A stretch of DNA of 64,000 nucleotides from Eledone cirrhosa. Lineage: Eukaryota. Position 1 is the first letter of the stretch. Each line of letters begins with the position of its first letter. The stretch is taken from NCBI GenBank assembly GCA_964016885.1, contig OZ024755.1:35030001-35094000 (forward strand), given 5' to 3'. The position numbers were made by a program, and so were the translations under genes. A model generated the notes under the pieces. That model had not been told where the DNA came from and did no database searches. It saw nothing but the letters and a program-made list of their open reading frames with translations. Shown here piece after piece: positions 54,846 to 64,000 of this stretch.

Positions 54846-55258
54846 GGGATAGGAGAGCTTGTGCCCCCTGTTATTAGTGACTGCTTGTGGTTTCCAAAGC
54901 CCTAATGGGGACACAGCCTCATAGGTGGCCAGCAAATTGGGGTAGGAGAGCTTGTGTCCCCTGTTATTAGTGACTGCTTGTGGTTTCCAAGGCACTAATG
55001 GAGACACAGCTTCATAGGTGGCACGATGGCAGTGGCCAGCAAATTGGGGTAGGAGAGCTTGTGGCCCCTGTTATTAATGACTACTTGTGGTTTCCAAAGC
55101 ACTAATGGGGACAGAGCCTCAGAGGTGGCACAATGGCATCAGCCAACAAATCAGGATAGGAGAGCTTGCACCCCTGTTATTAGTGACTGCTTGTGGTTTC
55201 CAAGGCACTAATGGGGACACAGCCTCATAGGTGGCACGATGGCAGTGGCCAGCAAATC
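54846..55258. repeat. About 107-bp tandem repeat, 4 copies (first unit shorter)
   Basis: TAGGAGAGCTTG..CCCTGTTATTAGTGACTGCTTGTGGTTTCCAA.. repeated. Confidence 0.92.
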
Positions 55259-55764
55259 TTACTCTCCTTTTACGTAAAATGACAGATATTTCTCACAAAA
55301 TCAGATGTCACCAGCTTATGTTCTGAATGTGTTGAAGCAGGCGAGTGTAGGTGGCATCAAAGCACACACACACACACACACATATGTTTGTGCGTGTATG
55401 TCTGTGTATGTGAGTGTGTGCATACCTATTTATATGTATACACGTTATAAATATCACGCACTACTTTGTTCAAATCTCTTCTTTTTTTAACAGTTAATTA
55501 TGTTGAAGTATTAAAGTCTTTTGTTGTAAATCTACAAACTTTTCACTGTTATGCAGCTATAGTATTTCTTATATTGTAGTATCGTCAAGAGAGGAAGGAG
55601 AGAATCAAAGAAGATGTATAGATGTCAGTGTTGGGTTGTTTGGTGCTGTATGGGGTTGAATTAGATTGTTCAGCTTAAGGTCAATATATGTAAGTAAGTA
55701 GGTAAAGTTAAACTGTTCTGCCGCTCCTCACCCCCATCTATTTAGTGTGGCTATACATGTGTGT

Positions 55765-55975
55765 ATATGTGTGTGTTTGTGTGTGTGTATGAGTGTGTCT
55801 GTGTGTGTGTTTGGATGTGTGTGCATGCATATTAGTACATGCGTAGATATAGATGTATGTATATATATATATTTATATGTGTGTGTGTGTTTGTGTGTGT
55901 GTATGTGTGTGTTTGGATGTGTGTGCATGCATATTAGTACATGCGTAGATATAGATGTATGTATATATATATATT

Positions 55976-56006
<31 letters not shown>

Positions 56007-56419
56007 ATGAGTGTGTGTGTGTGTTTGGATGTGTGTGCATGCATATTAGTACATGCGTAGATATAGATGTATGTATATATATATATTTATATGTGTGTGT
56101 GTGTTTGTGTGTGTGTATGAGTGTGTGTGTGTGTTTGGATGTGTGTGCATGCATATTAGTACATGCGTAGATATAGATGTATGTATATATATATATATTT
56201 ATATGTGTGTGTGTGTTTGTGTGTGTGTATGAGTGTGTGTGTGTGTTTGGATGTGTGTGCATGCATATTAGTACATGCGTAGATATAGATGTATGTATAT
56301 ATATATATTTATATGTGTGTGTGTGTTTGTGTGTGTGTATGAGTGTGTGTGTGTGTTTGGATGTGTGTGCATGCATATTAGTACATGCGTAGATATAGAT
56401 GTATGTATATATATATATT

Positions 56420-56452
<33 letters not shown>

Positions 56453-56770
56453 ATGAGTGTGTGTGTGTGTTTGGATGTGTGTGCATGCATATTAGTACAT
56501 GCGTAGATATAGATGTATGTATATATATATATTTATATGTGTGTGTGTGTTTGTGTGTGTGTATGAGTGTGTGTGTTTGGATGTGTGTGCATGCATATTA
56601 GTACATGCGTAGATATAGATGTATGTATATATATATATATTTATATGTGTGTGTGTGTTTGTGTGTGTGTATGAGTGTGTGTGTGTGTTTGGATGTGTGT
56701 GCATGCATATTAGTACATGCGTAGATATAGATGTATGTATATATATATATTTATATATGTGTGTGTGTGT
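55765..56770. repeat. About 110-bp minisatellite, 9 copies with invariant core
   Basis: TTTGGATGTGTGTGCATGCATATTAGTACATGCGTAGATATAGATG plus variable TA/TG tracts. Confidence 0.95.
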
Positions 56771-56886
56771 GTGTGTGCATGCGTGTGTGTGTGTGTGTGT
56801 GTGTGTGTGCATGCATGTCAGTGTATACATCTAGACATATACTTTATATGATTATATATATGTGTGTGTGTACATGTGTGTGTGTC

Positions 56887-56926
<40 letters not shown>

Positions 56927-57199
56927 GGTGTGTGTGCATATATATATATATGCACACACGCACATATATATATTTATATATATATATATATAAATATATA
57001 TTTCACATACACATATTTATGTATACACACACATGCGTGTGTGTGTGTGTGTGTGTGTGTGCGTGGGTTCATAAGTGTAAAATGCAGAACATGTTTTTTC
57101 TAAATATGACACATTTATGCTATATTCCCATCCCCCAACCACACACACTCCTGTACATATATGTATACATATGTATGAATATATATATGTATAAGTATG

Positions 57200-57230
<31 letters not shown>

Positions 57231-57256
57231 CTATATCGGTATATCTATGTATGAAT

Positions 57257-57290
<34 letters not shown>

Positions 57291-58054
57291 TTATATGTAA
57301 GAATGTGTGTATTTATTTCTGAATGCGTATGTATATGTTTATATATGTATGAATATATATGTATAAGTATGTACATGTATGTATACATATATAAGTATGT
57401 ACATGTATATATATATATATATAAGTATATACATATATACAACTATAATCTTTAACAAAAGAAAATCCTGTTCTAACAACAATATGGAATTATAATTCTT
57501 CACATCCTCTGAATCAACTGATTAGTGGCTGAAAAGAAACCAAACAAAAAGATTATATCTAACAGAAGTTGTAGAGTTATTTCAAAATGACTAAAGATGT
57601 TGAAACAGTTCAGAGAATATTGTCAATTTATCAGATTTTCCTCTTAAATAGTAAATTTGATTTGAAAGCTTTTGCTTTTCCATAAAGGTTAAAAGAAAAG
57701 TAGGAATTGGTTGCCTAAACCAAGTCACAGCAATTATCCTTATTTTTTACTTTTGCTCAGTAATATATGATGTGTCCTTTACAATGATAATTGTTTATAT
57801 ATTTAAATTATACGTTTCCAATAGATGTAATTAAATGTAAACTCCTTTGTTCATTGTTAAAATTAAAATAATTTAAAAAAACATTATTTTTGCTGAAGAC
57901 CGAGATTTTAGTAACATTCCAAAGGATGGGAGTAAATAATGCAAATGAGAGGTGTCATTAACACTTTTATTACTATACAGGGTAAACATAATGTCTTTCC
58001 TGATTATAAAATACCATATCTAGAATATTATTTGAGATTTGTATAAATTTCAAG

Positions 58055-58545
58055 TTTAATCCTGTCCATATCCAGCTAAAATTCTCTCAACTCTTTCTGT
58101 TCAAACCAGATGTAACTGGCCGCTCGTACTGATGTTAAGGTATTATTCTCAAAATAAATAATATTAAAATCTCATAGATTCGATATTATGTGAGTTAATT
58201 ATTTAAGATTTACCACGAAAATATAATAGAATATATAGAGTAATGTAAATATATATAATAGAATATATAGAGTAATGTAAATATATATAATAGAATATAT
58301 AGAGTAATGTAAATGAATATATAGAGTAATGTAAATATATATAATTGGGATTTGAACTCAGAATGGCAAGGGCCGTAACTATGCCCCAAAGCATGGCATC
58401 CGACACTCTACCAATACTGCCAATCCACCGCCTATGTAAATATATATAATAGAATATATAGAGTAATGTAAATATATATCATAGAATATATAGAGTAATG
58501 TAAATATATATAATAGGATATATAGAGTAATGTAAATGCTAAAGC
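58055..58545. mobile_element. piggyBac-like MITE with tandemly amplified subterminal ~32-mer and a SINE A head insertion (58347-58432)
   Basis: ATAGAATATATAGAGTAATGTAAAT repeats. Confidence 0.75.
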
Positions 58546-58624
58546 TTTTCTGAACATGTTTTACAGGAAGTAGTTGTAACAAAATGGTATCTAAGACCTT
58601 ATATTCACCCTCTATTTCTAATAA

Positions 58625-58826
58625 TGATTTCTGCTATAGGCACAAGGCCAGCAATTTGGGAGGAGGGGAAAGTCGATCAAATCAACTGGTACTTTATCAC
58701 TGGTACTTTATTTTATCAACTCCATAAGTACGAAAGGCAAAGCTAACCTCGGCGGGATTTGAACGCAGAGTGTAACTCTATGCTGCAAAGCATGGTGTCT
58801 GACGCTCTACTGATTCTGTCAATCCA
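58625..58826 (-). mobile_element. SINE family A, diverged
   Basis: Homology to other copies. Confidence 0.8.
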
Positions 58827-59325
58827 AATGCCAGCAAAGATGTATGTTGCCTGTTCTACAGCTAGGTAAACTGAGGCAAATAGATATTGAATAAACTTCT
58901 CCAAACCACAGAAAAACACATTTTAACGCTGCCTATGTGTTTCAAGTAATCACAAAAATAATTAAATATTTGAAGGAATTTAATAAATCAGTAAGTATTA
59001 GTAAGTATTAGGAATTTAATAAATCAACTAATGCTTTCATTAGTAAGTATTAGGAATTTAATAAATCAACTAATGCTTTCATTAGTAAGCTGATATTGTG
59101 AACATACCTCTACAAACATTTCTTAACCCTTTAGTATTCAAACCGGCCAAAACCGGCCAGAATTCTCTACCTTTTTCTGTTGAAACTGGCTGTAACCAGT
59201 CGCTCAAATTGATGTTAAGGTGTTGTTCTCAAAATAAATACTTTCAAAATCTCATAGATTCGATATTATGTGAGATAATTATGTGAGGTAAAGACTTTAC
59301 CATGAAAATATAATAGTATATATAA

Positions 59326-59757
59326 AATAATTGTTTCTACTTTTGGCACAAGGCCAGCAATTACCCAGTGCATTACTGGTACTTTATTTTATCGACCCCG
59401 TAAGGATGAAAGGCAAAGTTAACCTCGGTGGGATTTGAACTCAGAATGGCAAGGGCCGTAACTATGCGTCAAAGCATGGTGTCCGACCCTCCGGGTTAAA
59501 TAGAATTTTGATGGGAGACTTTAACATAAGTATAAACATTTAAAAATGAGCAGTTTTCTGTCAGTTGGATTGGCAGTATCAGTAGAGGGTCGGACACCAT
59601 GCTTTGCAGTATAGAGTTACGGCCCTTTATGAACTGAGTTCAAATCCTGCCGAGGTTAGTTTTTCCTTTCGTCCTTACGGGGGCGTCGATAAAATAAAGT
59701 ACCAGCAATACACACTGGGATAATTACTGGCCTTGTGCCAAAAGTAGAAACAATTAT
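59326..59757. mobile_element. Two SINE A copies head-to-head (59326-59492 -, 59566-59757 +)
   Basis: Homology to other copies. Confidence 0.88.
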
Positions 59758-59773
59758 TTCAGATTGGCAGAAT

Positions 59774-60208
59774 GGTGGTGGATTGGCAGAATCTGTAGAG
59801 CGTCGAACAACATGATTTGCGGCATAGAGTTATGGCCCTTTGTGTTCTGATTTCAAATCCTGCCAAAGTTTAGCTTTGCCTTTCATCCTTACAGGGTCAA
59901 TAAAATAATTGTTTCTACTTTAGGCACAAGGCCAGCAATTACCCAGTGCATCACTGGTACTTTATTTTATCGACCCCGTAAGGATGAAAGGCAAAGTCAA
60001 CCTCGGCGGGATTTGAACTCAGATCGTAAAGGGACGTAACTCTATGCTGGAAAGCATGGCGTCCGACCCTCTACCGATACTGCCAATCCACCGCCCTTCA
60101 ATAAAATAATGGGTCAATAAAATAAAGTACCAGTAATGCACTGGGATCGATTTAATCGACTTTCCCTTCCCCCGAAATTGCTGGCCTTGTGTTAAACATA
60201 GAAATTAT
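59774..60208 (+). mobile_element. Older SINE A containing a younger antisense SINE A (about 59910-60097)
   Basis: TSD TCAATAAAATAAT at 59897-59909 and 60098-60110. Confidence 0.85.
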
Positions 60209-60709
60209 TTCAGAGCTGAGATGGTTTAGTATCACAAAGTATAAATTATGTAGCTGAGGAAAAGAGTTTCTAAGTGCATGACGTTATTACAGATTTCTGT
60301 ACTAATAGCAAGATTAAAGACTATTACTATGCTTCAGATAACATTTATATAACTCAGATAAAACCAACAGATTCGTTTGAGGCCTGTTCTACAGCTAGGT
60401 AAACTGAGGGAAATAGATAGTCACTAATAAACTGCAGCAAACCACAGAAAAATACATTTTAATACTATCTACTCAATTTATGTAAGCTGGTGTTTCACTA
60501 TCTTATCTTCTGAGTTCTTTTGATATAGCATAAATATTTATATATATAAAAACATACACTCCCATACACGTATATATATGTGTGTGTGTGTGTGTGAGTG
60601 TGTGTCTGTGTGTGTGAGTGTGTGTGTCTGTATGTAGAAATAATTTTGATCAATACACAATATCGATCATATTGTCTGGTAATCACATATTGACAAAATA
60701 GTTGTGAAA

Positions 60710-60743
<34 letters not shown>

Positions 60744-60824
60744 TATTACTAATTTATACTTATTCCTAATTAAACTATTTTTCACTGGGAAAAATTTGTC
60801 AGCATTTTTTTATCCTTTTTACTA

Positions 60825-60911
<87 letters not shown>

Positions 60912-60915
<4 letters not shown>

Positions 60916-61267
60916 CACATGGCTTAGTGGTTAGAGCATTGGCCTTGCAATTGAAAGGTTGTGAGTTCAATTCTCAGACCGGGTGATGTGTTGTTTCCTT
61001 GAGCAAGACACTTTATTTCATATTGCTCCAGTGTACTCAGCTGTAGAAATGAGATGATAGGGACTGGGGTCCCTATCATTCCACTGCAAAGTGGTTGTGT
61101 AGGTGCCACGGCAAAAAAGCACCCACCAGCACCCACTGTAAATGAGGTTGGTGTTAGGAAGGGCATCCAGCTGTAGAAATCAAGCCAGAATCAGTTCCCG
61201 TCCTACCCTTGCAGGCAGGGAAAAGTGGACGTAAAATGAAATGATGATGAAATGAAATGATGATGAT
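60912..61267 (+). mobile_element. SINE family B, full length, following (GA)n
   Basis: Same structure as 33279. Confidence 0.93.
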
Positions 61268-61363
61268 ATATATGTATGTAAAAGGTAAACAGATATAACA
61301 ATACAATAGGTACAGTATATGGAAGGAATATATTTGGTTAACGCTTGAAATAGCAGGAGAGGG

Positions 61364-61399
61364 TCTTAATGTTTCGGACGCTAGTCCTTCATCAGAAGA
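61364..61399 (-). ncRNA. Minimal hammerhead (family H1), intact core, in terminal repeat at about 61278-61455
   Basis: TCTT-CTGATGA-A-GGAC TAGC GTCC-GAAA-CA-TT-AAGA. Confidence 0.8.
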
Positions 61400-61479
61400 A
61401 AGAATAAGAAATAAGATAAATTGAGGGGACGGGCGGGTTGGAATTGGGAAAATGTCCCCACGGACATGGAAACCCCTGG

Positions 61480-61730
61480 TTTGGTGCCTGAGTGCACGGT
61501 TAGCCCACTGTGAGGGAGAGACCCAGTGGAAGGCTTTTCTTCACTTAAAACATCTCCAAGCACAGGCATGTGTGTTGTGTGAGCAAGGTCTTTCTATTTT
61601 GTTTTGTTGCAGCATATGCAGAAAGGAATCTAAGTCCTTGGCTGGGCTATTACGTCATATTTGTGCCACCCATGTATGAGAAAAAAGTCAAGGGATGGCA
61701 ATTCTTGAAACCGAGATGCAGCCATTATGT
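61480..61730 (+). pseudogene. RTE 3' remnant with a C2H2-like finger
   Basis: FCCSICRKESKSLAGLLRHICATH; end GCAGCCATTATG. Confidence 0.55.
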
Positions 61731-61739
61731 ATGTTGGTA

Positions 61740-61931
61740 TGCGGTGGATTGGCAGTAACGGTAGAGATATGGACGCCATGCTTTCCAGCATAGAGTTACG
61801 TCCCTTTACGGACTGAGTTCAAACCACACCGAGGTTAACTTTACCTTTCATCCTTACGGGGTTGATAAAATAAAGTACCAGTAATGAACTGAGATAATTG
61901 TTGGCCTTGTGCCTAAAGTACAAACAATTAT
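61740..61931 (+). mobile_element. SINE family A
   Basis: Homology to other copies. Confidence 0.88.
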
Positions 61932-62074
61932 GTATGTTGGTATGCAACTATCTAAATATCTGCATATGTAAATGTATTTTTATAGCTGTATACATATTTT
62001 TCTTAAGAATTCATTCTACTCAAACAACCAATCAAATCAGTTATTGCTGATTTCTTCCTGCTGAGTAAAGACTT

Positions 62075-62460
62075 TTCTTCTATTCTTCCTGCTTGGAAAA
62101 GGCCTTACATTTATTTTCCCATACCTTTCCATTTAAGGTTTCCAATCTCCAAGCATCGTTAAATCTATCGAATTCTTTCTTCCATCTCGTTTGTTGTCAT
62201 CTGTTTCCTTTGTTGTCTCTCAGAATCCAGTATTTCAACTTTCCCATCCACCCGTTGTGACTCATCCTTTGGTTGTGTTTAGCAAAATACAATTTTGTTG
62301 CTTTCTGATCTGTTATTCCAAGCATGTAACGGTCCTGAGTATGTTGAGCTTGTTATTAAGTCTTTTATCAGATTCCATTTATCTGCACCATTTTCTGCAA
62401 TGTTTTCATGGCTATTGTGTATAAGCCTGCCATTTAACTATCTTAATGTCCTGTACCACA
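62075..62460 (-). pseudogene. Highly degenerate RTE C-terminal remnant
   Basis: AQHTQDRYMLGIT; QQTRWKKEFDRFNDAWRLETLNGKVWENKCKAF. Confidence 0.55.
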
Positions 62461-62733
62461 TGAGGATGTATTAATAAGGCATTCTTGAAAATAACAAAAT
62501 ACCAACATAACTGCACCACATTAAAAAATGAAATCTGTAGTCTAATATTGCAAATTTTCACAATCTGTCCACTACTAAAAACACTATTAACCCTTTAACA
62601 TTTACATTACTCTATATTTACTATTGTATTTTTGTGGTAAAGGCTTTACCTTACATAATATCTCACATAACATTTACATTACTCTATATTTACTATTGTA
62701 TTTTTGTGGTAAAGGCTTTACCTCACATAATTA

Positions 62734-63323
62734 TCTATATATATAAAACTGAGGATGTCTGTCTGTGTGTGTGTGAGTTTGAATCCCTAAAACTCGAGAA
62801 GTACTCAACCGACTGTTTTTAAACTTTACACATATAATACTTATGTTTCAGGGAGTGTTCTGAGCATAAACAATTTCAAATTTTCAATGCCCTAGGGACT
62901 GCATTAGGCGATTTAGCAATCTCTCTCTATAATTCTTAGTCTTTCTTTTTAGATAGATACATACATATAACGTCGCGCCCTTATAATATCTGTCTGTATG
63001 TCTGGCTGTCTGCATTACATCACTTCCTACAATTCGCTCTGCGTCCAGAACGCTCCCTTATAATATCTGTCTGTATGTCTGGCTGTCTGCTTCCTCCGGT
63101 TATTCTGCCACCCTTGCTCAAGACAAATCTCACACTCATTCCCCAAACAGTTGGTAAGTGCAAACAACTTCTTCCTCACGTTTTAAGCCACAGTGTTGCT
63201 TACTTTCGTACCACCAGACCCTTGCTTCTTTGCCAGCCGTGGTTGTGGCAATACTAAGCTTAGCTAATGCGGTTATATATTTCACAATACCTTATCCCGT
63301 GCAACGCCGGGTACCACTGCTAG
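62734..63323 (+). mobile_element. Non-autonomous Helitron inserted in a piggyBac MITE; partial second copy at 63331-63595
   Basis: A|TC start, 3' hairpin CCCG-TGCAACGC-CGGG, CTAG|T end, no TSD; host ATAATTA|TYTCACATAA resumes. Confidence 0.8.
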
Positions 63324-63608
63324 TTTCACATAAAACGGAGAATGTCTGTCTGTCTGTCTGACTCCCTAAAACTCGAGAACCACCCAACCGATTGTTTTCA
63401 AACTTTACACATGTAATACTTATGGTCGTGCGAGTGTTTTGATCAAATAATATTTCAAATGTTCAATGCCTTATGGACTGCATTAGGCGATTTAGCGATC
63501 TTCCTATAATTCTTAGTCTGTCTTTCTAGATAGATACATAGCTATGACGTCGCGCCCTTATAATATCTGTCTGTATGCCTGATGTCTGCATTACAACATT
63601 ATGACACT

Positions 63609-63674
<66 letters not shown>

Positions 63675-63728
63675 GTGTGTAACGTTTTTCAAAATATTTA
63701 CTTCTGCATTCACAGATTAATTTTTTTT

Positions 63729-63779
63729 ATTTTCAGAAGATCCTGTTAAGGGTGAAAGCAGTGATTCTTTGCTTAAACT
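63729..63779 (+). ncRNA. Hammerhead-like motif with CAGAAGA core (family H3)
   Basis: TTT-CAGAAGA-TCCT GTTAA GGGT-GAAA-GCAG..TTGC-TT-AAACT; homologous to 27426. Confidence 0.6.
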
Positions 63780-64000
63780 TTAATCTGTTATTTTAATATA
63801 TATATATATATATATAATTATATATTCGTGTACAGATATTTCTGCATACACAATAACAAAATATAAACAAACGTATTTATTTCACGAGGCTCACAGCAGC
63901 AAAAACAACAACAAAAAGAGAGGGAACGCAATTACATGCTTTTGAAAAATCTTAATGGAAAATTATCTGCCTATTCACCCAAGGTGACTTCACTTTTTAT

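Overview
AT-rich eukaryotic, repeat-saturated intergenic or intronic DNA. The repeat repertoire suggests a cephalopod such as Octopus (inference). I found no host protein-coding exon I can support, and most track ORFs are microsatellite artefacts. Real coding remnants are all retrotransposon-derived: a near-complete RTE-clade LINE (APE-RT-PHD, one frameshift, 7762-11263), shorter RTE/CR1 fragments, and a Penelope-like (PLE) GIY-YIG endonuclease fragment (23663-24451). The window also holds two abundant tRNA-derived SINE families, piggyBac, hAT, Tc1/pogo and Helitron non-autonomous elements, and large micro- and minisatellites. The main hidden signal is about 16 type-I hammerhead ribozyme (HHR) motifs from several distinct PLE-terminal families, read by eye on both strands. 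They cluster at 27.2-27.5, 42.8-44.6 and 51.8-52.5 kb, often inside long inverted repeats and next to (TA)n tracts. Long-stem-II HHRs with different stem sequences share a C.C mismatch at stem II pair 4. One family has a repeated CAGAAGA (U4A) core. In one copy the stem III palindrome is a (TA)7 microsatellite. Cleavage activity is untested.
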